Of a stretch of DNA of 36,259 bases, positions 17,318 through 24,900 are shown one piece after another. Source of the DNA: a virus (lineage: Duplodnaviria; Caudoviricetes). The stretch lies in IMG/VR virus record IMGVR_UViG_3300033067_002337, positions 1-36,259 of that record; one strand, given 5' to 3'. Numbering within the stretch: position 1 is the stretch's first letter; the number at the start of each line of letters is the position of its first letter. Both the position numbers and the translations under genes were made by a program. Under the pieces are notes generated by a model that saw only the letters and a list, made by a program, of their open reading frames with translations, had not been told where the DNA came from and searched no databases.

Positions 17318-18168
17318 TCTTCTTCTCCATCTACAGCAGCATATTTGGGCACAGATAATTCCATAACGGGATAAGCAGGCCATTTATTGCTATCAAAACA
17401 TTCTTTTAATTTGCGTTTGTAATTCTGGAATTGGTCAATTCCGAATTGTAAGGCATCCCCGTCAAGAATGAAAACCGATGGAACATAAGGCTCATCTTTT
17501 TCAATCGCTAAGATGACATACATCTCAAAAGGCTTGCCAATTGCTTTGCAGGCTTCGTAAATCATGCCTGCCTGAATGTAGTATCCATATTTGTACGCAC
17601 TACTCATGAAGCGATTTGGCGACGCATCTTGCGTGGTTTTAACATCCACAACCATTTTTTGTGACCATATATCAGGACGTACTTTAAATTGCAATCCGGT
17701 TTCCTTATCTGTCCAGAATATCGATTGCTCAAACACGGACTCATCAAGTAATGTTGAAACGATTTCATGTTTCTTTACAAGTTCAGCCATGTGCATTGCT
17801 TTATCGAACTGCTCTTGCGATATAATGATTTTTCCTTTGTTCTCTTCAATAAAATTAGAATAGATTTCTTTGCCTTGAGCGGTGCGTCTGTCAATTTTAG
17901 AGAGAAGACAATATTCTTTGGAGAACATATGGGGTTCTAATAAGAGTGTATGAAACAATGAACCCATGACCATTGGTAAAGTTGGCTCTTGAGGTTGTGA
18001 TAATCCAGAAAGATGCTCATACCAAAAATGGTAGGGGCTTTTATCAAGAAGCATTAACTGGCTTCTGCTGATGCCTTCTGAGCCATGATATTCATCATTA
18101 GAGATGTCATAAATTCCATCATTAAAAGACAAACGAGGTTCATCAATATATTTTAAATTAGCTGCCAT
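17314..18168 (-). CDS. Exonuclease VIII/RecE-like PD-(D/E)XK nuclease (DUF3799-like)
   Basis: 'ISNDEYH..GISRS', 'GSLFHT.LLEP', 'K.RPD', 'DVKTT', 'Y.Y..QA..Y'; adjacent to bet. Confidence 0.9.
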   Translation of the reverse strand: MAANLKYIDEPRLSFNDGIYDISNDEYHGSEGISRSQLMLLDKSPYHFWYEHLSGLSQPQEPTLPMVMGSLFHTLLLEPHMFSKEYCLLSKIDRRTAQGKEIYSNFIEENKGKIIISQEQFDKAMHMAELVKKHEIVSTLLDESVFEQSIFWTDKETGLQFKVRPDIWSQKMVVDVKTTQDASPNRFMSSAYKYGYYIQAGMIYEACKAIGKPFEMYVILAIEKDEPYVPSVFILDGDALQFGIDQFQNYKRKLKECFDSNKWPAYPVMELSVPKYAAVDGEEE

Positions 18169-18170
18169 GA

Positions 18171-18254
18171 TTATCTCCTAAAGAATTTAAAGAATCTAAA
18201 AAATGATTTTCTTTTAAACGTTAAACGTTCCTTCGGTGTAATATAATCACGCAT
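18171..18254 (-). CDS. 27-aa cationic amphipathic peptide MRDYITPKERLTFKRKSFFRFFKFFRR
   Basis: Hand-translated; RBS GGAG; 8-nt overlap with the upstream stop; its 3' end supplies the AGGAG RBS of the exonuclease. Confidence 0.55.
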   Translation of the reverse strand: MRDYITPKERLTFKRKSFFRFFKFFRR

Positions 18255-18555
18255 CTAGTTTCTCCATTTGCGCCATAACATGGTCATAATTACGCAAAAA
18301 GCTTCTGCAAAAAGTGGCGATGCTATCTAAAGCGTAGGGATGGAATTCTTTGTCTTTGTAAATTATTTGGTCTTCTTCATTGATTATTTCTAAATCAAAT
18401 CCGAATTTTTTGTTTTTTGTAAGATACACATAGTGGTTGACACCACCAAGGTCATGAACACTTATTTCACATAGAGATTTAACCATTGTCACATCATCCT
18501 GATAATCATCATCATGGTAAGTGTCAAGTATATCGTATTTTAGTACTGCGCTCAT
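18247..18555 (-). CDS. Acidic hypothetical protein, first gene of the leftward early operon
   Basis: Start MSAVLKY at 18555 (RBS AAGG), downstream of the leftward promoter. Confidence 0.7.
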   Translation of the reverse strand: MSAVLKYDILDTYHDDDYQDDVTMVKSLCEISVHDLGGVNHYVYLTKNKKFGFDLEIINEEDQIIYKDKEFHPYALDSIATFCRSFLRNYDHVMAQMEKLDA

Positions 18556-18586
18556 TTTTTTGCCTTGTTGTTGTTTTGATGAGGCC

Positions 18587-18615
18587 ATATTACCCGAATG
18601 ATAATTACTTATCAA
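18587..18615 (-). promoter_or_regulatory. Leftward early promoter (pL-like)
   Basis: Minus strand TTGATA-17-TAATAT, overlapped by TTAYC-N4/5-GRTAA palindromes. Confidence 0.65.
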
Positions 18616-18643
18616 GTGGTAAGTAATAATTAATTGATAAGTG

Positions 18644-18691
18644 TTTACCAGATGGTAATCTGTATATATACTTCAACAAAATGAACTAATA
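18644..18691 (+). promoter_or_regulatory. Rightward promoter of cro-1 with operators
   Basis: TTTACC-17-TATACT. TTACC-AGAT-GGTAA over the -35; TTCA-N6-TGAA (18672-18685) over the start site. Confidence 0.65.
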
Positions 18692-18709
18692 CTTAAATGA
18701 TAAATATAA

Positions 18710-18916
18710 ATGACAATAGAAGAGGCACTTAAGCATTTCCAAAGTCCTTATGACTTATGCAAACAAATAAATGCGGCACAATCGAACTTTACAAGATGGA
18801 AAAAACAAGGATTTATCCCTGTAACCCAGCAACTAAAAATAAACCAAATCACAGGCGCTAATATGCCTATAGATTTAGACAAAGAATCCATGCAAAAAAG
18901 AATGAGCAGCAAATAA
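18710..18916 (+). CDS. Cro-like HTH regulator 1
   Basis: MTIEEALKHF...LCKQI...SNFTRWKKQGFIP..QQLKI: P22 Cro/DicC/YdaS-type pattern. Confidence 0.8.
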   Translation: MTIEEALKHFQSPYDLCKQINAAQSNFTRWKKQGFIPVTQQLKINQITGANMPIDLDKESMQKRMSSK

Positions 18917-19296
18917 AAGTTTAATGGAATAAAAAAATAAAAAGGGAGGGAATTAAAATTTAAATATAAGAAGATAATATGAATGAAGCAACATCCTATT
19001 TAATTTTAGCGTTTTTATGGGATATTAAAGGGTATCTAATATTAGCAGTTATATGGGGATTTATTATCATGAAAGTAATTAATCTTTATGAAAAAATCTC
19101 CAATATTGAAGAAAATTCAGAAAAATTATCAGAAAAATTAGATATATTAATTGACGTTTTAAATGATGTTAGAAGGCATAGTAAATCAATAGATCGAAAT
19201 ATTTGTCAAAAACTTAATAATGAAGAGGGTGATTATCATTACTATAATCGTTATGAAAATGAAGACGACGATTCCGATTGATTTAGACAAAGAATC
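18872..19296 (+). repeat. 17-bp direct repeat (cro-1 3' end) flanking an inserted gene
   Basis: GATTTAGACAAAGAATC at 18872-18888 and 19280-19296. Confidence 0.9.
18979..19281 (+). CDS. Membrane protein (N-terminal TM, coiled coil, acidic tail)
   Basis: 100 aa, very AT-rich, between the direct repeats. Confidence 0.7.
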   Translation: MNEATSYLILAFLWDIKGYLILAVIWGFIIMKVINLYEKISNIEENSEKLSEKLDILIDVLNDVRRHSKSIDRNICQKLNNEEGDYHYYNRYENEDDDSD

Positions 19297-19379
19297 GATG
19301 GAGCGCAGAATAAAGAATAAGAATGTTTAATTAGAAAACGAAGCTATAATTAAATTAAATAAATATTAAAGGTAAGTTT

Positions 19380-19559
19380 ATGAAAAAGTCCATTCAATTA
19401 AAGAGGGTGGAAAAAGAAGTTCTTTCGCCTGAAAGCTATTTAAAACTAAATAAGCAAGAACTAATAAATATATCAAATTCTGAAATAATTCCTCCTAGAT
19501 TGGGGAAGAATGATTTTGGAAGAATATTAGTTCATTATAAAAATCCTATATACAAGTAG
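19380..19559 (+). CDS. 59-aa hypothetical protein (not in ORF track)
   Basis: MKKSIQLKRVEKEVLSPESYL...IIPPRLGKNDFGRILVHYKNPIYK; RBS AAGG; TATAAT at 19345-19350. Confidence 0.7.
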   Translation: MKKSIQLKRVEKEVLSPESYLKLNKQELINISNSEIIPPRLGKNDFGRILVHYKNPIYK

Positions 19560-19564
19560 ATTAA

Positions 19565-19963
19565 ATGAACGAAACTACTAAAGATAAATCTAGACATCCA
19601 AATCCAGCTTTATTAGAAAGGTTTCTTTCTGTTCAAGAGCAAGAGCTTTTGATGAGAGGGAAGGAGTTAGAATTACAACAACAAAATAATAATAATGCTC
19701 ATATATATGCAAATGCAGCGTTACAAGCAAATAAAGAAGATAGAGAATCGGCAAGAAATCATGAAATAAAAATTAATAAAAATCGCTATGTTTTTTGTGG
19801 GATCGCTTTAATATGCCTATTTATACTAATTGGATTCGCTCTTTATATGAATAAAGATAAAATCGTAATGGAAGCATTAAAAGCAGTCTTATATTTCAGT
19901 ACTGGTGGAATAGGGGGCTATGCTTATGCCAAAAGCAAAAAAGATCCCGATAACTCTCAATGA
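19565..19963 (+). CDS. Coiled-coil plus two-TM membrane protein (DUF2335-like architecture)
   Basis: 'P.P.LLE' N-terminus, helical Q/E region, two C-terminal TM helices. Confidence 0.65.
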   Translation: MNETTKDKSRHPNPALLERFLSVQEQELLMRGKELELQQQNNNNAHIYANAALQANKEDRESARNHEIKINKNRYVFCGIALICLFILIGFALYMNKDKIVMEALKAVLYFSTGGIGGYAYAKSKKDPDNSQ

Positions 19964-20032
19964 ATAATTTATTCTAAAAATCAACATTTAAATTTTATGC
20001 GGAAAAATGAGTTATACATATACTTTACTTCA

Positions 20033-20080
20033 TTGAATTACTTCAAATGATTGAATATACTTCAACCAAATGAATTAATA
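20033..20080 (+). promoter_or_regulatory. Promoter of cro-2 with two TTCA-N6-TGAA operators
   Basis: TTGAAT-17-TATACT; operators at 20042-20055 and 20061-20074; 20055-20080 is 24/26 identical to 18666-18691. Confidence 0.75.
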
Positions 20081-20088
20081 ATCACAAA

Positions 20089-20280
20089 ATGACCCCTCAA
20101 GATCTCAAGAAATATTACAAAACAGGCTATAATTTCCAAAAAAAAACAGGGATGTCGCAGGCATCGTACTGTAACTGGATGAAGCAGGGGTATATCCCTA
20201 TCGTGTCACAAGTCAAAATTCAACAATTAACCAAAGGCATCTTAAAAGCATCACTGGAATATATTGAAGATGACAAGTGA
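20089..20280 (+). CDS. Cro-like HTH regulator 2
   Basis: MTPQDLKKYY...GMSQASYCNWMKQGYIP..SQVKIQQLTKGILKA. Confidence 0.8.
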   Translation: MTPQDLKKYYKTGYNFQKKTGMSQASYCNWMKQGYIPIVSQVKIQQLTKGILKASLEYIEDDK

Positions 20281-20473
20281 TAGAGATTTGTTAAAAGAAT
20301 TAGAAGAACTACGAGCATATAGAGCAGCTCACGAGGGAAGGGCGATAAACCGAGCATTTATGCGTTTAGAGCAATTAATAGAAACAACTAACTACGATCC
20401 ATCAGTTAGTATTAGGGCATTCAAAGTGATTGCGGAATGTTTAATGTGTTTAAGGGATGAAATAAGAAAATGA
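20264..20473 (+). CDS. Hypothetical helical protein
   Basis: Overlaps the cro-2 stop; true start may be ATG 20270. Confidence 0.65.
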   Translation: MKMTSDRDLLKELEELRAYRAAHEGRAINRAFMRLEQLIETTNYDPSVSIRAFKVIAECLMCLRDEIRK

Positions 20474-20655
20474 AAGACAAAATTTATGACCTATGTCTGT
20501 TTATAATCATTTGCTGCATGCTAGGAAGTACAATTTTTTTATTCTCTATCGCCAACAAGCTCAATCATTTAGATAGCTTTTTGTACATAAATATTGATAA
20601 AGTAAATGAAGATACCGTCGCCTCAGAAGGTGATTATCATGAAACTTTCTTTTGA
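20470..20655 (+). CDS. Single-TM hypothetical protein
   Basis: N-terminal hydrophobic helix; ATGA overlap. Confidence 0.65.
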   Translation: MKDKIYDLCLFIIICCMLGSTIFLFSIANKLNHLDSFLYINIDKVNEDTVASEGDYHETFF

Positions 20656-20830
20656 TGAGATTATGGAGCATGAAATTAAATTAAGAGTGATGGACGAAAC
20701 GTACAACAAACGTTTTGATGAATTAGAAAGTTTAATTAGTAGCATTAATAATAAAATTAATCGTTTAATAACCTATGTATTATGCTCTTTAGTTATTCCT
20801 ATTGCGCTTCATTTTTACAATATATTGTAG
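20639..20830 (+). CDS. Coiled-coil protein with C-terminal TM
   Basis: Start MKLSF at 20639 (RBS AAGGTG); 'RFDELE..I..IN.KIN.L' followed by a TM segment. Confidence 0.65.
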   Translation: MKLSFDEIMEHEIKLRVMDETYNKRFDELESLISSINNKINRLITYVLCSLVIPIALHFYNIL

Positions 20831-20844
20831 ATAAGGTGTATTCC

Positions 20845-21033
20845 ATGGACGATCTTCAATTGATGATGTATCGAGTTTATAAAGCCCAGCGTGAATTTAT
20901 AAAGATGACTCGAGATAAAAAAATGGATTATGATGAATTTCTGTATTTGCAACGCCTTTTACATAGTTGTGAAGAAATAGATAACCAAAGAACGGATTTC
21001 TTAGAAAGATGGCTTGAGGAGAATGAAGCATGA
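20845..21033 (+). CDS. Hypothetical protein
   Basis: Start MDDLQ at 20845, RBS AAGGT. Confidence 0.65.
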   Translation: MDDLQLMMYRVYKAQREFIKMTRDKKMDYDEFLYLQRLLHSCEEIDNQRTDFLERWLEENEA

Positions 21034-21236
21034 CTCCTAACCAGCGACACTTAGAACTAATGAAACGCATAGAAAATGATTTAGAAATGGAGCGAGCCCT
21101 CGCTCAACGAGAATTAAAAATAGCTCATCGTGAGCACAATGTAGAAAAAATGGCTATATGTAGCTCTTACGCTATGGGAATTCAAAGAATACAAGAAGTA
21201 ATAAATGCTCTGTTTAAAGAATTACGAGTTGAATAA
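21030..21236 (+). CDS. Hypothetical helical protein
   Basis: RBS GAGGAG, ATGA overlap. Confidence 0.7.
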   Translation: MTPNQRHLELMKRIENDLEMERALAQRELKIAHREHNVEKMAICSSYAMGIQRIQEVINALFKELRVE

Positions 21237-21251
21237 TTCAAAGGATGTAAA

Positions 21252-21449
21252 ATGGCTAAATTAATTAAATTCCCGATTGATAATTCCAAGGTTTATGATA
21301 TTTTCCCACCAAGAATGCAATACGCCCTAGATGAAATGTTAGATCAGAATAAACAATTTTTCCTCAAAGAAGGGCGCGTACAAGGTTTTTGGGCGGGTTG
21401 GTTGGTTTGCTGTGTTATTATGCTTTGCATTAACCTATTTGTAAGATAG
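21252..21449 (+). CDS. Hypothetical protein with C-terminal TM
   Basis: RBS AAGGA; 'GFWAGWLVCCVIMLCINLFVR'. Confidence 0.7.
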   Translation: MAKLIKFPIDNSKVYDIFPPRMQYALDEMLDQNKQFFLKEGRVQGFWAGWLVCCVIMLCINLFVR

Positions 21450-21458
21450 GAGTTTTAA

Positions 21459-21668
21459 ATGGTATCAATAAATGTTCATGAAAAATCATCTCAACTTTTA
21501 GAGAGACTAGCAAATTCAATTTATGACAGAGATCCCGCACATCCAAAACCATTTTTTTTTAATATTAATGAAATACACATTGTAGAAGATTGGCTTAATG
21601 ATTTATTTAGAGAAACACAAATACGCAATCCTTCATCAACACCAGGAATTTTATTTTTAGAAGAATAA
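21459..21668 (+). CDS. Hypothetical protein
   Basis: RBS AGGAG; last gene before the hairpin cluster. Confidence 0.7.
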   Translation: MVSINVHEKSSQLLERLANSIYDRDPAHPKPFFFNINEIHIVEDWLNDLFRETQIRNPSSTPGILFLEE

Positions 21669-21675
21669 TTAAGAA

Positions 21676-21746
21676 AAGCCCCAATAAAGGGGCTTAATAC
21701 GAACAATTTCTGCTTACATTATCATGCGACGATAGTGTAAGTTTTT
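21676..21746. terminator. Tandem intrinsic terminators
   Basis: AAGCCCC-N6-GGGGCTT preceded by an A-tract (minus-strand terminator). CTTACATTATC-N7-GATAGTGTAAG followed by TTTTT (plus-strand terminator). Confidence 0.7.
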
Positions 21747-21895
21747 AAAACAAAAAAAGCGTGTAAATTTAGTAACCGTTTACAAATTTAACGTGCTCTT
21801 TGCCTAGGCATTTTTTATTACCTAAACAGGGGGGAAGTATAAATCATGAAGAATATAAAAGAAAATACTTTTTGCAGAAGTTCCCAGAGGTTCCC

Positions 21896-22078
21896 ATGAC
21901 AATCGAAGAACTTGCAGCATATTTCCATAACAACCAATCTGAAATTTCACGCTTACTTGGCATCAGTAGAAGTTCCGTAAATGAATGGTTTAAGAAAGGA
22001 AAAATTCCAATTATAAGACAGTATCAAATCGAAGTCTTAACTGATGGGAAATTGAAAGCAGACAGAACTACATCTTAA
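21896..22078 (+). CDS. cro: Cro-like HTH regulator 3
   Basis: MTIEELAAYF...SEISRLLGISRSSVNEW...IP..RQYQIEVLTDGKLKAD, the most canonical Cro/DicC pattern; RBS GAGG. Confidence 0.88.
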   Translation: MTIEELAAYFHNNQSEISRLLGISRSSVNEWFKKGKIPIIRQYQIEVLTDGKLKADRTTS

Positions 22079-22094
22079 TTTTTGCGCGAAACAA

Positions 22095-22278
22095 TCGAAG
22101 AAATGAATTTTTGGGAGTAGAATAGTGAGAAAGCTTCCATGCTACAGAATTAATTAGTGAACACCTTACCGCCAAGTTTGATTGTTCACAAAAAAACAGG
22201 ATTTAAAAAGTATGTCAACTTCCCCAACCCATTTTCGTTCACATATAAGTAAATTTATATTAATGAACCATTTTTTTT
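22095..22278 (+). promoter_or_regulatory. Promoter and structured leader (hairpin plus terminator) upstream of the replication gene
   Basis: TCGAAG-17-TAGAAT; hairpin 22157-22189; hairpin 22237-22268 followed by T8. Confidence 0.5.
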
Positions 22279-22303
22279 CATATTTCAAAAGGAAACTTAA
22301 GAT

Positions 22304-22426
22304 ATGAAACATCACGAATTATATCTGCACATCAATCAAAACTCAAACTTTTCAAAGATTATCTCAGTATTTTTCACAAAAATTACTCAATTAACTTTAA
22401 AAACATTAAATTGTAAAAGGATTTAG
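22304..22426 (+). CDS. 40-aa putative leader peptide coupled to the replication initiator
   Basis: RBS AAGGA; stop TAG ends 2 nt before the rep ATG, and the ORF overlaps the rep RBS. Confidence 0.4.
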   Translation: MKHHELYLHINQNSNFSKIISVFFTKITQLTLKTLNCKRI

Positions 22427-22428
22427 AT

Positions 22429-23349
22429 ATGGCTATTGAAAAAAATACCCCGAATATACTTAGACGCGAACAAAAGGGTTGGACAACAATAATTAACTCG
22501 GTAATTAACGGAATTAAAAACCCAGAAGCACTTGGGGTTTATGTTTATTTGGCGTCCAAGGATGAGGGCTGGGAAATATGTAAAAATCATTTACAACAGC
22601 ATTTTAATAAAGGACGGGATTTTATTAATAAATGCATGAGCTATTTAAAAGATATCGGTCTATTAGAGGTCACCAGCATTAGAAATGATTCTGGAAAAAT
22701 ACTCTATTGGGAGACTGTTTTAAAAAATAAATTACCAGATGAAAGCCAGAATACTGAAATTCCGTATTGTGGTAAAGAAAACCAGAATACTGAAAAACCA
22801 GAATGTGGTGAAACAACACTAACAAATAATATATATATAAAAAATAAAAGAGATAATAAGAAAAATAATATTATAAATAATATTACAAAAAGAAATTCAA
22901 AATCTGAAAACGAAGAACCAGAATCAAAGCCCAAGAATCAATTACCTACGACCAAAGTTAAGTCTGATTATTTTGATAATTACGAAACCAAAAAAACCAA
23001 AAGCTCAAAAAGCACACAACTCCAATCTGAAGACCTTCTGAAAGATAATCCTCATGACATACCACAAGAGATGCTCGAAGACTGGGTCATGGTAAGAAAA
23101 CAGAAGCGCTCACCTATTACGCCTACAGCATGGAAGCGAATTAATAACGTCCTGCAAATGCTCAAAGATAAAGCCATATATCCCATAGATGCATTTGAGC
23201 GCATGGTAGCGAATGGATGGTTAAGCTTGGAACTAAGCTATTTTGAAAATACAAAACCATCAATGAATCATAAAACAACGGTTTATGATCACAACGACAC
23301 AAGCTGGGGATATGAGCTAGCTAAGGATTTGATGGCTGGAGTTTTATGA
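22429..23349 (+). CDS. Replication initiator, lambda O-like
   Basis: N-terminal wHTH ('ALGVYVYL.SK...W'), central iteron/AT-rich linker, C-terminal 'W...RK.KR.P.T..AW...NGW'; precedes a P-like gene. Confidence 0.8.
   Translation: MAIEKNTPNILRREQKGWTTIINSVINGIKNPEALGVYVYLASKDEGWEICKNHLQQHFNKGRDFINKCMSYLKDIGLLEVTSIRNDSGKILYWETVLKNKLPDESQNTEIPYCGKENQNTEKPECGETTLTNNIYIKNKRDNKKNNIINNITKRNSKSENEEPESKPKNQLPTTKVKSDYFDNYETKKTKSSKSTQLQSEDLLKDNPHDIPQEMLEDWVMVRKQKRSPITPTAWKRINNVLQMLKDKAIYPIDAFERMVANGWLSLELSYFENTKPSMNHKTTVYDHNDTSWGYELAKDLMAGVL
22741..22900 (+). repeat. Putative replication origin: iterons plus AT-rich tract inside the initiator gene
   Basis: CCAGAATACTGAAA at 22746 and 22782, CCAGAAT at 22798, TGTGGT twice; followed by a nearly pure A/T stretch 22823-22900. 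Confidence 0.7.
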
Positions 23350-23350
23350 A

Positions 23351-23950
23351 ATGGATGACGGCATAGAACAAAAAACATTTGAAATAATTAATAAACTCTT
23401 CACCGAGTTGCAAGCCATTTTCCCAGCGTTTAAAAATGCTTGGCCAACAAATGACTGTTTTCGGGAAGCAAAAAAGCAATGGTTGTTAGCGTTTATGGAA
23501 GCCAATCTATGCAACATGGATCAAATCAAGAAAGGTTTGAAAAAATGCCGGAGTTCACAAAATCCTTTCGCGCCATCTGTCGGTGAATTTATTGCATGGT
23601 GCAGGGAAGATTTAACAAAAGATGCGCCACATGTTGAGAAAGCCTATATTGAGGCTGCAAAAAACTCGAGCCCATTGCAACAGCCAAAGATTTGGTCACA
23701 TGACGCTGTCTATCATGCCTGGACGATGTGTGATGCTTTTGAACTCACAAATCGAGCGCGAAGCACAACATTTCCTATTTTTGCTCGCAATTATGAAATT
23801 GCTCTACGCATGATTCGCAATAATGAGCCGATTAAGGAGGCTCCTAAAGCGCTTATTTCACCAGAAAAGATTACCTCATGCCAAATGAAAGAAAAGAAAA
23901 CCGAAACTTACACATGCGAAATAAGCAAAATCAGGGACATGCTGCAATGA
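23351..23950 (+). CDS. Replication protein P-like helicase loader
   Basis: 'LF.ELQAIFPA', 'K.QWLLAF.E', 'PF.PSVGEFIAWC', 'WSH.AVY' match the lambda P family. Confidence 0.88.
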   Translation: MDDGIEQKTFEIINKLFTELQAIFPAFKNAWPTNDCFREAKKQWLLAFMEANLCNMDQIKKGLKKCRSSQNPFAPSVGEFIAWCREDLTKDAPHVEKAYIEAAKNSSPLQQPKIWSHDAVYHAWTMCDAFELTNRARSTTFPIFARNYEIALRMIRNNEPIKEAPKALISPEKITSCQMKEKKTETYTCEISKIRDMLQ

Positions 23951-24195
23951 ACAGCGCCATATTAATCAAATTCCGCGCCCACGTATTAAACATTGGCTAC
24001 GGATTATTAAGAGAAGATTACGCCTTCATCGAAAAACATTTACAAAACACCCCGCAAAACGAGCAGCGTTTGATTTTGAGGCGATATCTCGATGAATGGG
24101 TACATGGAATGGGCGAAACAGAGAAAACGCACCAAAAGCAAAATTTAGGGCGTTTTCGTGCAAATTCATTTTTGAGGAGTATTAACAAAAATTAA
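23947..24195 (+). CDS. Hypothetical protein
   Basis: Start MNSAILI at 23947 (ATGA overlap); ends 'GRFRANSFLR'. Confidence 0.65.
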   Translation: MNSAILIKFRAHVLNIGYGLLREDYAFIEKHLQNTPQNEQRLILRRYLDEWVHGMGETEKTHQKQNLGRFRANSFLRSINKN

Positions 24196-24207
24196 CTAAC
24201 GATAGAT

Positions 24208-24648
24208 TTAAAAAAAGTTCTGGATGATTTGTTTTGTTTCATCCGGTAATTCGTCCGTCATATCATAAACTTTAAGCATGTTGTTTAACATATCAACTGC
24301 GAATTTTTGTTTGATGGTATTTTCTTCATTTTCAACTGAATGTATGTAATTTTTCATGAGTTTTATAAGATTTTTCGCTTGATAGATAACGAATTGATAG
24401 CGAAGATTATCTTTTTTGAAAGTCTTTTTCTCGTGGTCTTTTTTGCGTCCTTTGAACGAATATTCATAGATTAATTTTTGAAATATTTCGGAGCTCTCAG
24501 CGCATGTATTGTTTGTTTTTGCTCCTAAAAGAAATGAAAGCGTGCGACGTCTGGCCATTTTAATTCCGTATAACTTTTTGGCTCTTAGGAATATTTTTTC
24601 GCACACATTGAATAAATTATGATAATCTTGCAATTGTTTTTGATTCAT
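24208..24648 (-). CDS. Basic hypothetical protein
   Basis: 146 aa, RBS AGGAG, antisense to the replication operon. Confidence 0.7.
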   Translation of the reverse strand: MNQKQLQDYHNLFNVCEKIFLRAKKLYGIKMARRRTLSFLLGAKTNNTCAESSEIFQKLIYEYSFKGRKKDHEKKTFKKDNLRYQFVIYQAKNLIKLMKNYIHSVENEENTIKQKFAVDMLNNMLKVYDMTDELPDETKQIIQNFF

Positions 24649-24900
24649 TTTTTTACGACTCCTACATCATATTGAGAAGTCCATTCTTGATTATTATTTT
24701 TCCATTACCGTTATAAATCAGGTCAAATTATGTCATGCCAGCCTGACAAAGTAAAGGTATTTGTTCAAATATTGCCACACAAAAAGGAACATGTTGTTAA
24801 TAATTGCAACTCGTAATACCATATTTGAAGATAAGTCGTCTCATGAGGATGCTCTTGGGATTTAATAAGAATTTTTAGACAAAGATTAGGACGCATATTG

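Noticed and set aside
22741-22815. CRISPR-like mini-array
   Set aside because: The repeats are short, in frame inside the initiator gene and next to an AT-rich tract, which is typical of iterons.
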